Assembly (NCBI RefSeq): GCF_018350175.1
Contig: NC_058368.1
Span: 8,246,001-8,310,000 of the forward strand
Direction: 5' to 3'
Length of the DNA: 64,000 nt
From: Felis catus
Taxonomy: Eukaryota
The notes under the pieces were generated by a model. That model saw only the letters and a program-made list of their open reading frames with translations, ran no database searches and was not told the origin of the DNA. Positions 12,899-24,845 of the stretch are shown in pieces. The position numbers and the translations under genes were made by a program. Positions within the stretch are counted from its first letter, which is position 1. The number at the start of each line of letters is the position of its first letter.

Positions 12899-14016
12899 GG
12901 AACATTCTTAAAGTCAGGAGACAAAACCACCAGGTGAGACCCTTGGCCCTTCTATTTTTATGACCCCACTCTAGGCCAGAACCCTGATGTCTGCATGGCT
13001 TCCCAGCAATTATCAGTTCCAAGAAAGTTTCTCCCATGGAAATGAGGAACGGCAGAAGCTGTGTCCAAAGGCCAGGCCTCAGCCCAGCAAGGTTATACCT
13101 GACACCTAGGGAGCCACCTCCAGAAGCGCTACAGCCTTCCTTCTGGGCCCTTGGCCATTTCTTCTAGGCCTCAGACTCCTCTCCCAGTCACACCTGAATC
13201 CCCTTCTCCTGAGGAGAAAATCTGAGAGCCGGCTAGGCAAGTGACTTGAATTCCTCCAAACTCTTCTTGTCCTTTGAGAGGTGAGGCGGTGCCACTCTTT
13301 GCCATCACAAAATACCCCCTAGGGGAAGAGTTCAAGGTGTAGAACTGCGGTCTGTTTTTGAGGCTTTCTGAGGGGAACAATTCCAGATCTAAATGCTATC
13401 TCCTTCGCATCTGGACGTTGGTAGACTTTGCTAAAAACTGTCTGAGGGAGCCGGAGGATGGTGATGTACCTCCTGTTTGAAACAAATAAAAAATTGGGGG
13501 AGGAGGCCAGAGAGGGAGAAGGTAAGGCTCTGTAATATCTGCCTCAACATTTTCAGTGTCCTCAGAACCAAAGTGAGTGCTCCCCTCCGCAGATAGCCTC
13601 CCACAGCTGCTCCTGGGCACTTGGGAGTCAAAGCTGATCTGCTAACACCAAATGATGAATGACAAATGCTGCCCCCTGCCCCCTACAAGTCCATGAAGGA
13701 CACTGGCCCCAAGGTCCACAGTCTTCAGTGACGGGCTACTTACGGGGTCACTGAAAACTGGGTCATGTACAGGCAGAAGGAGAGGTGGTGGAAGGAAGCA
13801 AGCCAGGGAAAGGCAAAACACTGTTTCCCCCGGCCGCTGGGACCATCGAGTACTCATTCCAGTTGGCTGTGGTCCAACTTTCAGGCTTTGGGATGGGGGT
13901 GGGGGAGGAGGAGGAAAGAGCCCCTGGGGAGGTGAGACTAGGCTGAAATTTTCTAAGAAAGGAGAAGCACCAATGTCACAGAAGAAGAAGGGGCTTTTAC
14001 TTAGAAGAGGCAGATT

Positions 14017-14237
14017 AGGGACACCTGGGTGGCTCAGTCGTTTGGGGTAACTGACTTCAGCTCAGGTCATGATCTCACAGATCATGGGTTCCAGCCCGGG
14101 GTCAAGCTCTGTGCTGACAGTTCAGAGCCTGGAGCCTGCTTGGGATTCTGTGTCTCCCTGTATCTCTGCCCTTCCCTGCTCATACTCTGTCTCTCTCTCT
14201 CAAAAATAAACATTAAAAAATTAAAAAAAAAAAAAAA
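14017..14237 (+). mobile_element. Can-SINE with TSD
   Basis: gggacacctgggtggctcag head, A tail; agaagaggcagat on both sides. Confidence 0.93.
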
Positions 14238-14430
14238 AGAAGAGGCAGATGAAAGGTGTCAGGAAACTTCAAACAGGAGAACTGAATAAAGGCTCTTGAC
14301 CTGGGATTTCGGAGCGTTTAAGGTGACCCTTGAGAGATCAACGTATGATGAGTGCAATGCCCTCTTTCATCAAAAAACGCCTTTACACATCCCCCTTTTA
14401 TTACATTTTAGGGATATTTTAATATCTTAC

Positions 14431-14619
14431 CTCCTGGAATGCAAAGATTGGGCTGCTTGTATTTTTTCCACACTCAGAAATATTGCTATCCGACACAAAA
14501 CTGTAGTTGCTGGTTTCTTCCCATATTCTCCTATACACATACTGCGTTGTCAGTGGGGCAGTCAAAGTCATAGCAAATGCACTCAGGCAAATGGCAGGTT
14601 CTACAAAGAAAATCTTCAT
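14431..14619 (-). CDS. SLC46A3: SLC46A3 first coding exon (exon 2; whole exon 14431-14643 including 24 nt of 5'UTR)
   Basis: Translates MKIFFVEPAICLSAFAMTLTAPLTTQYVYRRIWEETSNYSFVSDSNISECGKNTSSPIFAFQE, the SLC46A3 N-terminus with three N-glycosylation sequons (NYS, NIS, NTS). 189 nt, phase-0 donor GAG|gtaaga at 14430, acceptor ttgacag| at 14644, A at -3 of the ATG. Confidence 0.96.
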
Positions 14620-15099
14620 ATTGCCTGGGTAGGTAGTTGAATTCTGTCAAAAGAACGGGGAAGTTAGAGGAGTCTTGTGGAGTAACTGGGGAACAGAAAG
14701 CAGTAAGCAGTTCGTAAGAGATTAATTTTCACTTGGAATAGGGTACGCAGTAAACCGGTGACTATCGTACTTAGCGATTTTTAAGAGTAAGTATGACCTT
14801 TCAGGGCTCAAACCGCCTTAAAATAATCTTAGTAAGCTGTCACCCATTTTCGTTTGGAATCATCTCACCGCAGTCCCCACAGTGTATACACTGCCACCGG
14901 TTTTCAAAAGGGAAACAATGAGGTTCCTCCGGGAACGCGATAATTGCGCAACTGTTTGTTATTGTTATTTTGCTGCTCGTTAACAAGGACAGGAAGGGGG
15001 CCTTTAAAAAGCAGCTCCCGATCGTAAAGGGATTTTTTTTCTCGTTTAAACTCACCCCACGGTTACAGTCTTCCTGCCAGGCTAGGCGCAGGTCTGATC

Positions 15100-15800
15100 A
15101 TTTTCGGGGCCGGAATCCCCGGGGGCTGTCTTCTTTGGGGGGGGGGGGTGCCCTGCGCTCTCCGGGCGCCTGCCGAGCAGCAAGTGCTCCCGAGGCTGGG
15201 GCGGCCCGGGACGCGCCGGGGACACTGACCGCCGCCTGGGTCGGGGGCCGGGTCTGCGCCGGCCGCCGCGCTGGGACGGGGAGGGGAATTTCCGTTGAAT
15301 TCGACCAAATGCACCTGTCGGGGAAACTTAAGCTCTCATTTTAAAGCAAACCAACCGAGCGCACTCCGGCGTCCAGAGTGACGACGGCGACAGGTCACTG
15401 CGCAGCCCCCGCTCGGCTCCTCGGTGGCCCTGCGGACTCGGCCCCAGGGAGCACGGGCGGCTGCTCCCTGCGCGGTCGGCAGCCTGTCCGCGGGTCGGTG
15501 GGTGGGTCTGCGGGCCCGTTGCCGGTCGGCTCCAGATAGAGGCTTAGCTCCCGCCCGCGGAGCCCCGCAGCCGGCCGAGAGGGCGGGGCCGCTGGCTGCC
15601 GGGGTCGCCGTCGGCGTGGCTGTCCCTGTCCTGCCTGGCTCTTCTGCGATTGGGCCCGGTGTCTGGCTCCCTCGCGGGGATTGGTCCGCTCGACGTCGCT
15701 CCCGTGAGCCCGCCCCCAGAGGCCCCAGGCTAAACCTGGCGCCGCGCAGCCGTCCGCCAGCCCGAGCTGTTTGTAGGGCAGCGCAGAGGTCTCGCTTTAG
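15100..15800 (-). promoter_or_regulatory. SLC46A3: CpG island: SLC46A3 promoter and presumed non-coding exon 1
   Basis: Sharp GC- and CpG-rich block ~0.5-1.2 kb upstream of the ATG exon; GC box GGGCGGGG at 15581-15588; two CCAAT boxes on the minus strand (ATTGG at 15649-15653 and 15680-15684); candidate donors at 15056, 15230 and 15315. Confidence 0.85.
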
Positions 15801-16165
15801 GGCTCTGCAGTGGAAGAACATTTCTGGGTCTGAACATCGTTTTTCGCAGAAGCACACGGAGATCTGTTGCAAAAGTAACGTGTGTGGGATGCAGTTCCCT
15901 GTAGCATCCGGGTCGGCAGGGCAAGTGCCCTAAGAAACGCAGAAAAGGGGGACGGGGTAGGGGGCGCCCGTGCAGGGAAAGAGAGTGCTCCTGGCAAAGG
16001 GTCTGAAATGTGGTCTCTGGCCCTTCCTGGCGGTGTGACCTTGGGCAAATTATTTAATCTCTATGAACCTCCTTTCTTTGTCAAGTGGGCATAACAGCCC
16101 TACAGGATTGTTCTAATGAACCCTCAACACGTATATACAGCATAGCCTTGGGACAAAGGAGGGAC

Positions 16166-16665
16166 TGTACCAGTGCCTTCCAACAAGCCCGCCAGGACCA
16201 CACCTGAAGTTAGGTTTATGACTTCTTGTAAGGAGGAGGAATACATAAATGGGGAGCAATGGGGTATTTCAGTAGTAGTGTTAGAATTTGTCATGGGATT
16301 TGGGCATAAGTGATGTGTGGGAAGGGTTCAAGAAAGCAAGCCCCCCCCCCATTGGATGCTGTCAGGAAGTGGGGGTAATTCTATGATTGGGTGTCTTAAT
16401 TCTTAGAAGGAGTGAACATAAGTGGGGGTTAAAGCCATAACTGATAAAGAAGTAGCTTACGGTAGACATTTTTTGTCATTTTTGTGGTTTAGACCATGTT
16501 CATGTTCTGTGTTCCAACTAGACTGTGGAAGCGGTCTGGTTTTTGTCTCGACCATGGTCAAAGAATGGCCTTGTCTGATGTTATCCTGTGAAATTGTTTT
16601 TATTCCACAGAACATGGTCCAGACGAGCTCATAGCAACATCAAGGTCAGTACCCAGATGTCTGAG
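16166..16665. mobile_element. Probable old ERV-class solo LTR just upstream of the promoter
   Basis: Starts TGTA; resembles recalled eutherian LTR sequence (ccaacaagcccgcc...ggtttat...ggggtatttcagt). Family not resolved. Confidence 0.45.
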
Positions 16666-17151
16666 CTGCTTTCTCTTCCTCAGTGCTCAATAAATGATAG
16701 TGCAATCATGGAATGTTGAGTCAGAAGTCTTAGAATCCTACTTATAACTTTGCTACTGGAGTGCTACTTATAACTTTGGACTTGCCACTTACCTTCTCAA
16801 CTTCTTCAAATGAGCGTTTTTAAAGCACTTGTTACGCGTCTGAAACAGTAGAGCTTGGCTGTCGGTTGGAAAGAAGGTATACAAAAATGAACAGGACACA
16901 GTTTCCTAGGAAGACGGATCTTATTTTAAAACGGCAGGACACTGTACCAAGTGCTGAATTAGGGGCACATTAGAAGTGGGATGGGCAGTGAGAGCAGTCG
17001 ACTGACCAACGAGTGTTGGTCTGGAAGGGAGAGGTAGAGAGATCTGACCACTTCCCAAGACCACAAGGGAAAAGAAATGAAATAATTAATGAAGAATGCT
17101 TTTGAGACTTGTAAAGCATGGCATAATCTTATTCTCACTAAAATAACATCT

Positions 17152-17360
17152 GTTTTTTTAAGTGTATTTATTTTGAGACAGAGAATGTGTGCATGTGCAT
17201 GGGGGAAGGGCAGATAGAGAGAGGAAGACAGAGAATCCCAAGCAGGCTCCTCACTGTCAGCGCCGAACCCGATGCAGGGCTCATTCCCACAAGTGGCGAG
17301 ATCATGACCTGAGTCAAAATCAAGAGTTGGACGCTCAACTGACTGAGCCACCCAGGGGCC
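17152..17360 (-). mobile_element. Can-SINE
   Basis: Reverse Can-SINE ending gactgagccacccaggggcc; flanking aataacat repeat. Confidence 0.92.
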
Positions 17361-17439
17361 GCAATAACATTTATTTTTGTGCTAGGTACATCCACTTTCT
17401 AAATGTTTTAGCCGGCTTAGACCCTCTTGTTGAGATAGG

Positions 17440-17845
17440 AGTAAAATGATCACTTCAGGTGCTTGGCCCCTGTAAAATCAAGAAGGCCAAGGTCATGCCC
17501 CAAATCTCAGTATCTTAAAGCAGCAAAGGTTTATTTACCTCTTGATCTACCTGTCCATCGCGTCACTGGAGAGCTTTACTCTCTATCATTTTCACTCACA
17601 GACACAGACGAATGGAGCCATCATCTGAATACTATCACTGACATCAAAGCAGAGAAAACAGAATGTGGTGAATCTGACACCAGCTTTTAAAGGTTCCCCC
17701 ATAGAAATGATACATACCACTTCTGCTCACATTTGACGGGCCAAAACAAGCCACAGGGCCACATGAAAAATTGAAAAAATTGAAAATGAAAAATTTCATG
17801 TGCTCAGAAAGAGGAAGAAATATCAGCAAATAGCTCTAATGACCT
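17440..17845. mobile_element. Old MaLR LTR (MLT1-like)
   Basis: cttaaagcagcaaaggtttattt...cacttctgctcacatttgacgggccaaaacaagccacagggccac motifs. Confidence 0.55.
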
Positions 17846-19084
17846 CCGTGTCGCCAAGGCCATGGTTTCTCACAAAGATCAAGAGAAAGGAAAAGGCATT
17901 TAAGAGATGCTCTTTCTTATGGGCAGGAACAGTTAGTATCCAATATACTTGCATGCTTTGGTGTTCCTACTCTTCCACTTGGAGAAAGCCAGGCCTTTTT
18001 AATTTACTCTCTGCTGTGTATCTCTATGTGATAATACTCATTATGCAACCTTCCCCTTGCCAAATAATATTAAATGCTTGAGTATGTATTAAAGAGGCCT
18101 TAACCAACTATCAATTGGAATCTGTCACTGTACTAGGGGCTGTCGATGCAACAAAGAAAGTTAACACGCCACAGTTAATTAGCAAAGAAACATCCATTTA
18201 TTTTTTTTTAGGAAAAGATAAAAATATATGAAAGGAGTAAAAATGATTCCAAGCCGAAGTCTCTGGATGTCATCGCAGGCCAGAGATTGTCATTCACCCA
18301 CTGCTATTGTTACTCCTCACAGGTTCTAATTCAAACCCTCTTCCCTTAAAGACAGAAATCAAAAATAAAGGGTAGGCATGAGAGAGGAGTGCCCATCCAC
18401 TGGGCATAGTCTCCCTGGCAGTGTTTCTGAAACATGAGTCAACAGGTCCCCAGGAGGACTTTGAATTTTCATGGTTTCAGTTCAGGATCCAGAAATTCTC
18501 ATGTAAGCATATCCTGAAATTGTACTGCCACTTGATACCACCTGTATTTGTATTTCTGTTTATGGTACATTGGTGCTGAGTAGAAATACTTTAATATATC
18601 AGACTAAAAAGAAACGAAGTGGACTAGATATATAAATGAGATGCCCAAGCTAAGTGAAGACAGTATCCTATCATGGTGTTCAAAATGTTTCCAGAGCATT
18701 CCAGGAAAAAGTGTAGGGGAATTGAATCATTACCTGACATGTGAATAGACATATCGAACTCAAAAGAACCCATGTTGTACAGGGGCAGTGCCATAGTCAA
18801 GTGGCAAAGACAAAACACCATATAGTAGTTACTAGATTTCATTGATGTCAAGAGGAAAGTGGCTTTTTTGCTTCTGATAAAATCAGCAGAGTAAGATGTG
18901 ATGAAAAGACCTTACTTATACCAATTGCTACTTAGCACGTGATGGTCAACAGTGTGCTGATAAGAGTCTAATTATACAACTCCAAGCACAAATTGTTGAA
19001 AGGGAATGTTAATCTGATCATATGACCTTAATCAATAATATGCCAAAACAGACCTTTATCTGTGTGAGAAATTCATAACCTGAC

Positions 19085-21135
19085 TTCAGTCCCTGGCTTT
19101 CTTGACCTCTGTTACCTTGAACGCTGTTGAACAAATTCCTTCTCCTTGAAATGTTTTCTCCCTTTGGGGTCCATGACACATCTCTATCTTTCTCCTACTT
19201 GAAGAGCTCCTTCACTTCCTCGGTGGGCTTGCTTCCCAAATGGTACTATTCCTCAGGTTCCTTCTCAGCTGTCTTCCTCTCTGGAGTCAATCATATCCTC
19301 ACTGTGATTCAACTACCAATGCAGCCATCACTTCCAAATCTCAAGCTCACCTGCTACTCTTGAACTTGACACCCAGAACTTCCACCAGAGTATTTAAAAA
19401 AGCCACTGCATAGTTTTAAATGTCCCAAACAGATATTCTCTTCTTGTAAATCTTGCAAAGGGACCAAGGATTTCCCTAGCAAATCAGAAATCCTGGCTCT
19501 TTCCCTTTAGGGTTTCAAACCAAAGGGAAGGTTATAACCCTTCTGATGGGTTATAACCCTTCTGATCTGCTGGGATGGTCCTACCTAAGTTAAGTGGCCA
19601 GGAATATACAATAATGGCCCTCAAGAAGAAATCCACCATCATGACGGCAGTGGTGGTGATGGTGGTGGTGGAGTGAAAGGGCTGGGCTGGTAAGCCAGGT
19701 CAACACCAGGGCCCGTCTGGTCTTAAGGGGAAGGTCAGTTGCTCACAAAGTGATGATGTTACATCCTGTCCTGACCCACCATCTTGGACCTTGGGGTTCC
19801 TTAAGAGAAATAGTTGATTATCTGTACATGAAAATATTTGTCACTGGAGTTGTAATTGGGAACCCAGTCTCCTATAGTGTGGAGTAACCATCAGTAACCT
19901 CTCTCCCTCCAGTCTGTGTAGCACTATCTGCAGTGGGTTAAGCCTCCAACCTTTAGACATGGGAGCTGGACTTCCTGTTTTCTGAACCAGTCTCACAAAA
20001 GCAGAAGTGAGAACATTAGGCAGTCAGATCAGACTTCTCAATTTCTTTTCTGAATAACAGAAATAAACAAGATTGACTCATTGGATAAGGTGAGCACTGA
20101 AGGGGTCTTACTTTCCGAGGAAGGGAGGGCTCAGGGAATGGTGAATGGACTTCTCATAATCAGGATAGAAGCATAAATTTGCTCTATTTGTGTGGTAACT
20201 TAAGTATGGCTTTATTTTCAACCACAGCAAGTGAGATAGGAGGCATGTGAAAGCTCCCAGAACAGGGTCTGACACTTGGTGGGTATTCAGTGATGTTTGG
20301 ATTTGAATCGAAATCTTGTTTAATGAGACATAAATACTACTGTGTTTGAGAAATTACAGAGAAGAACCTGGTCATGGCTTCAAGTTGGCATTTCCTTTTG
20401 TGACTCCAGAGAACAATAGTCATCTTCCTTTCTTAAGAGGATTCCGTCCCATTTACAGTGAGGTTGGTTAGCGGAAGGATTTGGAGTCAGCAGAGTCGGT
20501 TAAATGCATGCACATGTGATTCCACAATATAGACCATGTTTATAGGATTAGTCCCCCTCCTTCCGTGTGCAGTTCCTTACCCCAGGCCACCATAGTCTCT
20601 TGTCTGCAGTCCTGCCAGTTTCTTACTTGGGTGCTCTGCTTCTACTCTTTATTCTCCAACAACAGCAAAGCATGATCATCTTCGTATAGATGTAGGATCA
20701 CATCATTCTCTTGCCTGAAACCCTTCCGTGGCTTCCCCATTGTATTCTGAATAAAGGTCAACCTCCTTGCTGTGGCCTGAAAGACCCTAAACAACCCGGC
20801 TACTATCCACCACTCACCCCTGAACTCCCTCCCACCATCAGGGTTGCCACACTTCTCCTTTAGGTGTCAACTTGAACGTCACCTTGGAGAAGTCTTTTCT
20901 GAGCATCTTGCCAAGCTAGCAAATGTGTTCTCTTCTGCTGTTCTCTAGCTCAACAGCTTCTTGTTTAAGACTTCACATTCTATATTATTTTATTTATTTG
21001 TATGTCCCCCCCCCTTTTTTTTTGGTCATCTTTTCCCTGCACTAGAATTGTAAGCACAAAACCATGGCTGACTCGAGCAAGACTGTCCATGTCTACAGTA
21101 GTGGTTGGAACTCAATAAATCTTTGTTAAATGGAT
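19085..21135. mobile_element. Scattered L2 fragments (~19085-19470, ~20575-21135)
   Basis: L2-type motifs ttccttctccttgaaatg...ccatgacac; ttgcctgaaacccttccgtggcttcccc; ctcaataaatctttgttaaatggatgaa. Confidence 0.55.
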
Positions 21136-21449
21136 GAAAGGAGATGATTTTGTCCAGTGCTCCCAAGTTATAGAATTGTATACAAAATCTGCCCTTGTGA
21201 ACCACAGAGAATAACTATATATATATATATATAGTCCCTATAAGGGACTAAGTTTATGACTACGTGCATTCTCGCTGAATCCCTTAAAAGATGTACGTAC
21301 CAGAGTATTTAGCAAACAATGGTTACCAACAGTATTCTAACATACTATGTGATAATGGCAGAAATGAAAAGGTTGTATTCATAACACCAGTCTAAAATGT
21401 GTAACTTCAAAACTAATTATAATTTTATCTGAAATGTTACTCTTTACCA

Positions 21450-22215
21450 GAAAAAGAGGGAAAAATGTTCAGTCTCACTAGTAATCAAATAAACATGCAT
21501 TTGGATAATGATTTAGGTGTCATCTTCCACATTCAAAATAGGCAAAGGTTTTGTTTTTAAGATAAAATTTATTTGGAATGAACACGCTATAGTATACTGC
21601 CGGTGAAAAGTCAGTTGGCAAAAGTTTTTTCAGAAAAGTAATTTAACAATATGCACTAAAGTCATTAATGTTTTCGATCCACGTTGTCTTCCCAACAAGT
21701 CCTATTGGTAAAATAATAATAGAAAACTTTAGCTACTTGGATTTTTTACAAGGTTGTTTATAATTTGAAAAGTCCTCAGTGTACAACACGATGTAACTAT
21801 AACTGTTGTATGAGTAAAATAATAGAGGAATAGTGCATATATAATTGCATATTGAGAAAGGCTATTGTACTGTGTTTTCACAGAATATTTAATTACATAA
21901 AAGGCTATTATACTGTGTTTTCACAGAATATTTAGTTACATGGAAAATTTTTCATACTGTGGCATTAAGTGAGACAAAGAGCGAATGAAAAGTATATTGC
22001 AATTTTCTTAAAAAAGTATGAGTATATGCATGAATGCAGAGAAAAAAGCACCCCCGCCCAATAACAAATGTTGATAGCAATTATCTTTGAGTGATGGGAC
22101 TACTAACAATTTTTATTGAGTATTGAATACCATAGACAGTATAATTTTCTGTATTCTCCATATTTTTAGCAATGCACATATGTTAATTTATAATCAGAAA
22201 AAGTGCTTATCTAAA
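21450..22215 (+). mobile_element. Ancient L1 (L1ME-like) 3' fragment
   Basis: aaatgttcagtctcactagtaatcaaataaacatgc; aaatgttgatagcaattatctttgagtgatgggact. Confidence 0.55.
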
Positions 22216-22570
22216 AAGAAATGGGAGAGGGAAATGATAAAAAAAATACATGCAAAATCATCTATATTTGTTACAAAGCTTGAGGAAAAAAAAAAAAGAA
22301 AGAAACCCTTGGAACTTCTCAAAGGTTGATTCTTTTCCAAGTGGCACTACAAGCTTCAAAGTTGAGTCAGCAACCACATGACAAACTGACATCCGTGGCC
22401 TGTCCCAGGTGGCCCAAGATAAGACAGGACGGAAGCCAACTCCTGACAAGCAGGCGTTCTTCCTCTAGACAGGTGCCTTGACAACGGAGAAATGACTGTT
22501 GTGAAATGAACGGAGGAGCCAGTATGAACTTTTGGATTGTGTGGCCCAGCCTCTTTAAAACCAGGGTCGT

Positions 22571-22807
22571 GGGGCGCCTGGGTGGCGCAGTCGGTTAAGC
22601 GTCCGACTTCAGCCAGGTCACGATCTCGCGGTCTGTGAGTTCGAGCCCCGCGTCGGGCTCTGGGCTGATGGCTCGGAGCCTGGAGCCTGCTTCCGGTTCT
22701 GTGTCTCCCTCTCTCTCTGCCCCTCCCCCGTTCATGCTCTGTCTCTCTCTGCCCCAAAAATAAATAAACGTTGAAAAAAAAAAAAAAAAGAAAAGAAAAA
22801 AAAAAAA
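22571..22807 (+). mobile_element. Young SINEC_Fc-like SINE with perfect TSD
   Basis: CpG-rich body, long A tail, taaaaccagggtc at 22556-22568 and 22808-22820. Confidence 0.97.
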
Positions 22808-22983
22808 TAAAACCAGGGTCACACAACAGTGGAGACTCAACGAACATACAAACCCTCTAGTTTTGAAAGAAGCAGGAAGGAATCATTGTGTTATTCTTCA
22901 CTTTCTGTGTTTGCTCTTTGATAGCGCTGTGCTCACAAAGATAGGGAAAGGATCCTCCTTGGAATGCCGGCTGCCAATTCTTC

Positions 22984-22984
<1 letters not shown>

Positions 22985-23028
<44 letters not shown>

Positions 23029-23029
23029 T
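22985..23029. repeat. (ATT)n microsatellite
   Basis: Direct reading. Confidence 0.95.
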
Positions 23030-23959
23030 TGTAACAGAAAATGAATGGAGTTTTTAAGGAGAAGTGTAAGAAGGCAGTTAAGAGGTTTAAGAAGGGGTTT
23101 TAAGCAGGAGAGTCTCTTACCCATCCCGGTGCCCCAGGAAGGTAAAGTGTACTCTCTTATCTTGCCACTCCTAGGTGGCTCCCATGTCACTCAGCCGCTG
23201 CTACTGTGACCTCCAGGTCCTTGCACTCCCTGAGGTTATGAAAACAGGGCACTCACACCACCGTGGCTGACACTGATGGGAGCCGCACCCCTGCGTATCT
23301 TTAAATGAAAGGAGACATAACTTGTGTCGCCACGTTCACACCAATTCTGAACCATTGGATTATGGTTTATTTTATTTCTATCCCCTCCCCCCCCCCCCCC
23401 CCCGCCCCTCCATAAAGAAAACCTTCAGGTCATCAGAGCAAAATTTGCAAGTATGCAAAACATAACTAAGCAGAACTCTCCATTAATGGTTTTTTTTCTT
23501 TTTAAAGAAATCTCTGCTATCCCACTGTGTTCCCTATCTTACTTCTCACCCCAGCCAGACCCTGGTGTCCTCCCTGACTCCTCTCTGATACCTTCTCTCC
23601 AGAAGTGTTCATTCAGACCTGCTTACTGTGCTTTATTCATTCAACAGCATGTACTGAGGCAGTTCTGATCTCGGTTCCACTGTGTAAAGAACTTGCGGGT
23701 CATTAATCCCGTCCTCAGAGCAAAAAAAGCTGAACAAGCTGAAAATCCATACATTCCCTTGAACCCATCAGTGACTGAGGTCCCAGGGCAGAGCTGCATC
23801 CCATGATCTGGAGAGAGAGGCCAGACCAGAGTCACAGCCAAGATCTCCTTACCTGTCCAGAAGGTGCTGCAGCCCCACGCTGGTGGGAACACTTAGATGA
23901 CAGTTTTGATAAATCGCTGGAGGCTGAGTGTGGACCAGCCTGAGGGTAAGAAACTCCTG

Positions 23960-24845
23960 GAGTCTGCCTTCTTTTTTGGGGTCTTACCTCTGGGAACCTC
24001 ACCAGGGTTTTCACGATGAAGAGCCCAGAGTGATCCCCATGTGGCTCTGGCTCAGGAAGGGGAATATTTACCATTCAAAAATATGCCTAGAGCATTCTTG
24101 TAACAAAGGCCTACTTGCTAAGGGAAAGGACTGTCCTACCTGGGGAAGGGCATTTCCCTGCCTCCAGCCCCCTCCAGCCTTCCTGTCTCACCTGAGGGAA
24201 GGGGGGGGAAAGAGCTAATAAATACTTGTGAAAGTCATAGCCCAGGAAGACAAGCCCACTTAAAGACATATTTAATTATAAGATCACATCCGAACGCTAC
24301 CCGTTGCCCACACTTTAGCAGTACCTGCAAACCTTGGTGAAATAGCAGCGGGTTGTAACTGAAAGGCACAGGCTCTAGTCACTTGAGGCCTCTGGCACCT
24401 GCACCTTCAGAGATTAAAGACAGGTCAACACTCTGGTTACATTAGAATAGAAGCTGAGACTAAGGGGCCGCATACCTCAGGTCCTATTACCTGACATGTC
24501 ATGTCTGGCTTCCAGCAAAAAATTGCAACGCAAGGTAACAGGCAAGCAAAACCACAGTCCGAGTAGCATCAGCACCAGGTGCCGGTATGGCAGAGATTTG
24601 GGAATTATGGGGCAAGCAACTAAAATAGCTATGATAAATATTTTAAGAGCTATTTTGGGAAAAGTGGACAGACAACTTGCAAGAACAGTTGAGTCAGGTA
24701 AGCAGCAAGATGGAAACTTTAAGAAAGCAGTAAAAGGAAATGCTAGAGGTAAAACACACTGTAACAGAAACAGAGTGCCTCTGATGGGCCCCGCAGTAGA
24801 CTGGACGTGGCCAAGAAAAGAACCATTACGCCCGAAGACAGATAA
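23960..24845 (+). mobile_element. Old L1 (L1MC/L1M4-like) 5'UTR-ORF1 remnant
   Basis: catgtctggcttccagcaaaaaattgc...aaatagctatgataaatattttaagagct...gaaatgctagaggtaaaacacactgtaacagaaa...agtagactggac matches the recalled old L1 ORF1 coiled-coil start. Confidence 0.7.

Noticed and set aside
14970..16094. Overlapping Arg/Ala/Pro/Gly-rich ORFs of up to 178 aa
   Set aside because: Expected from stop-codon scarcity in a CpG island; no recognisable protein.
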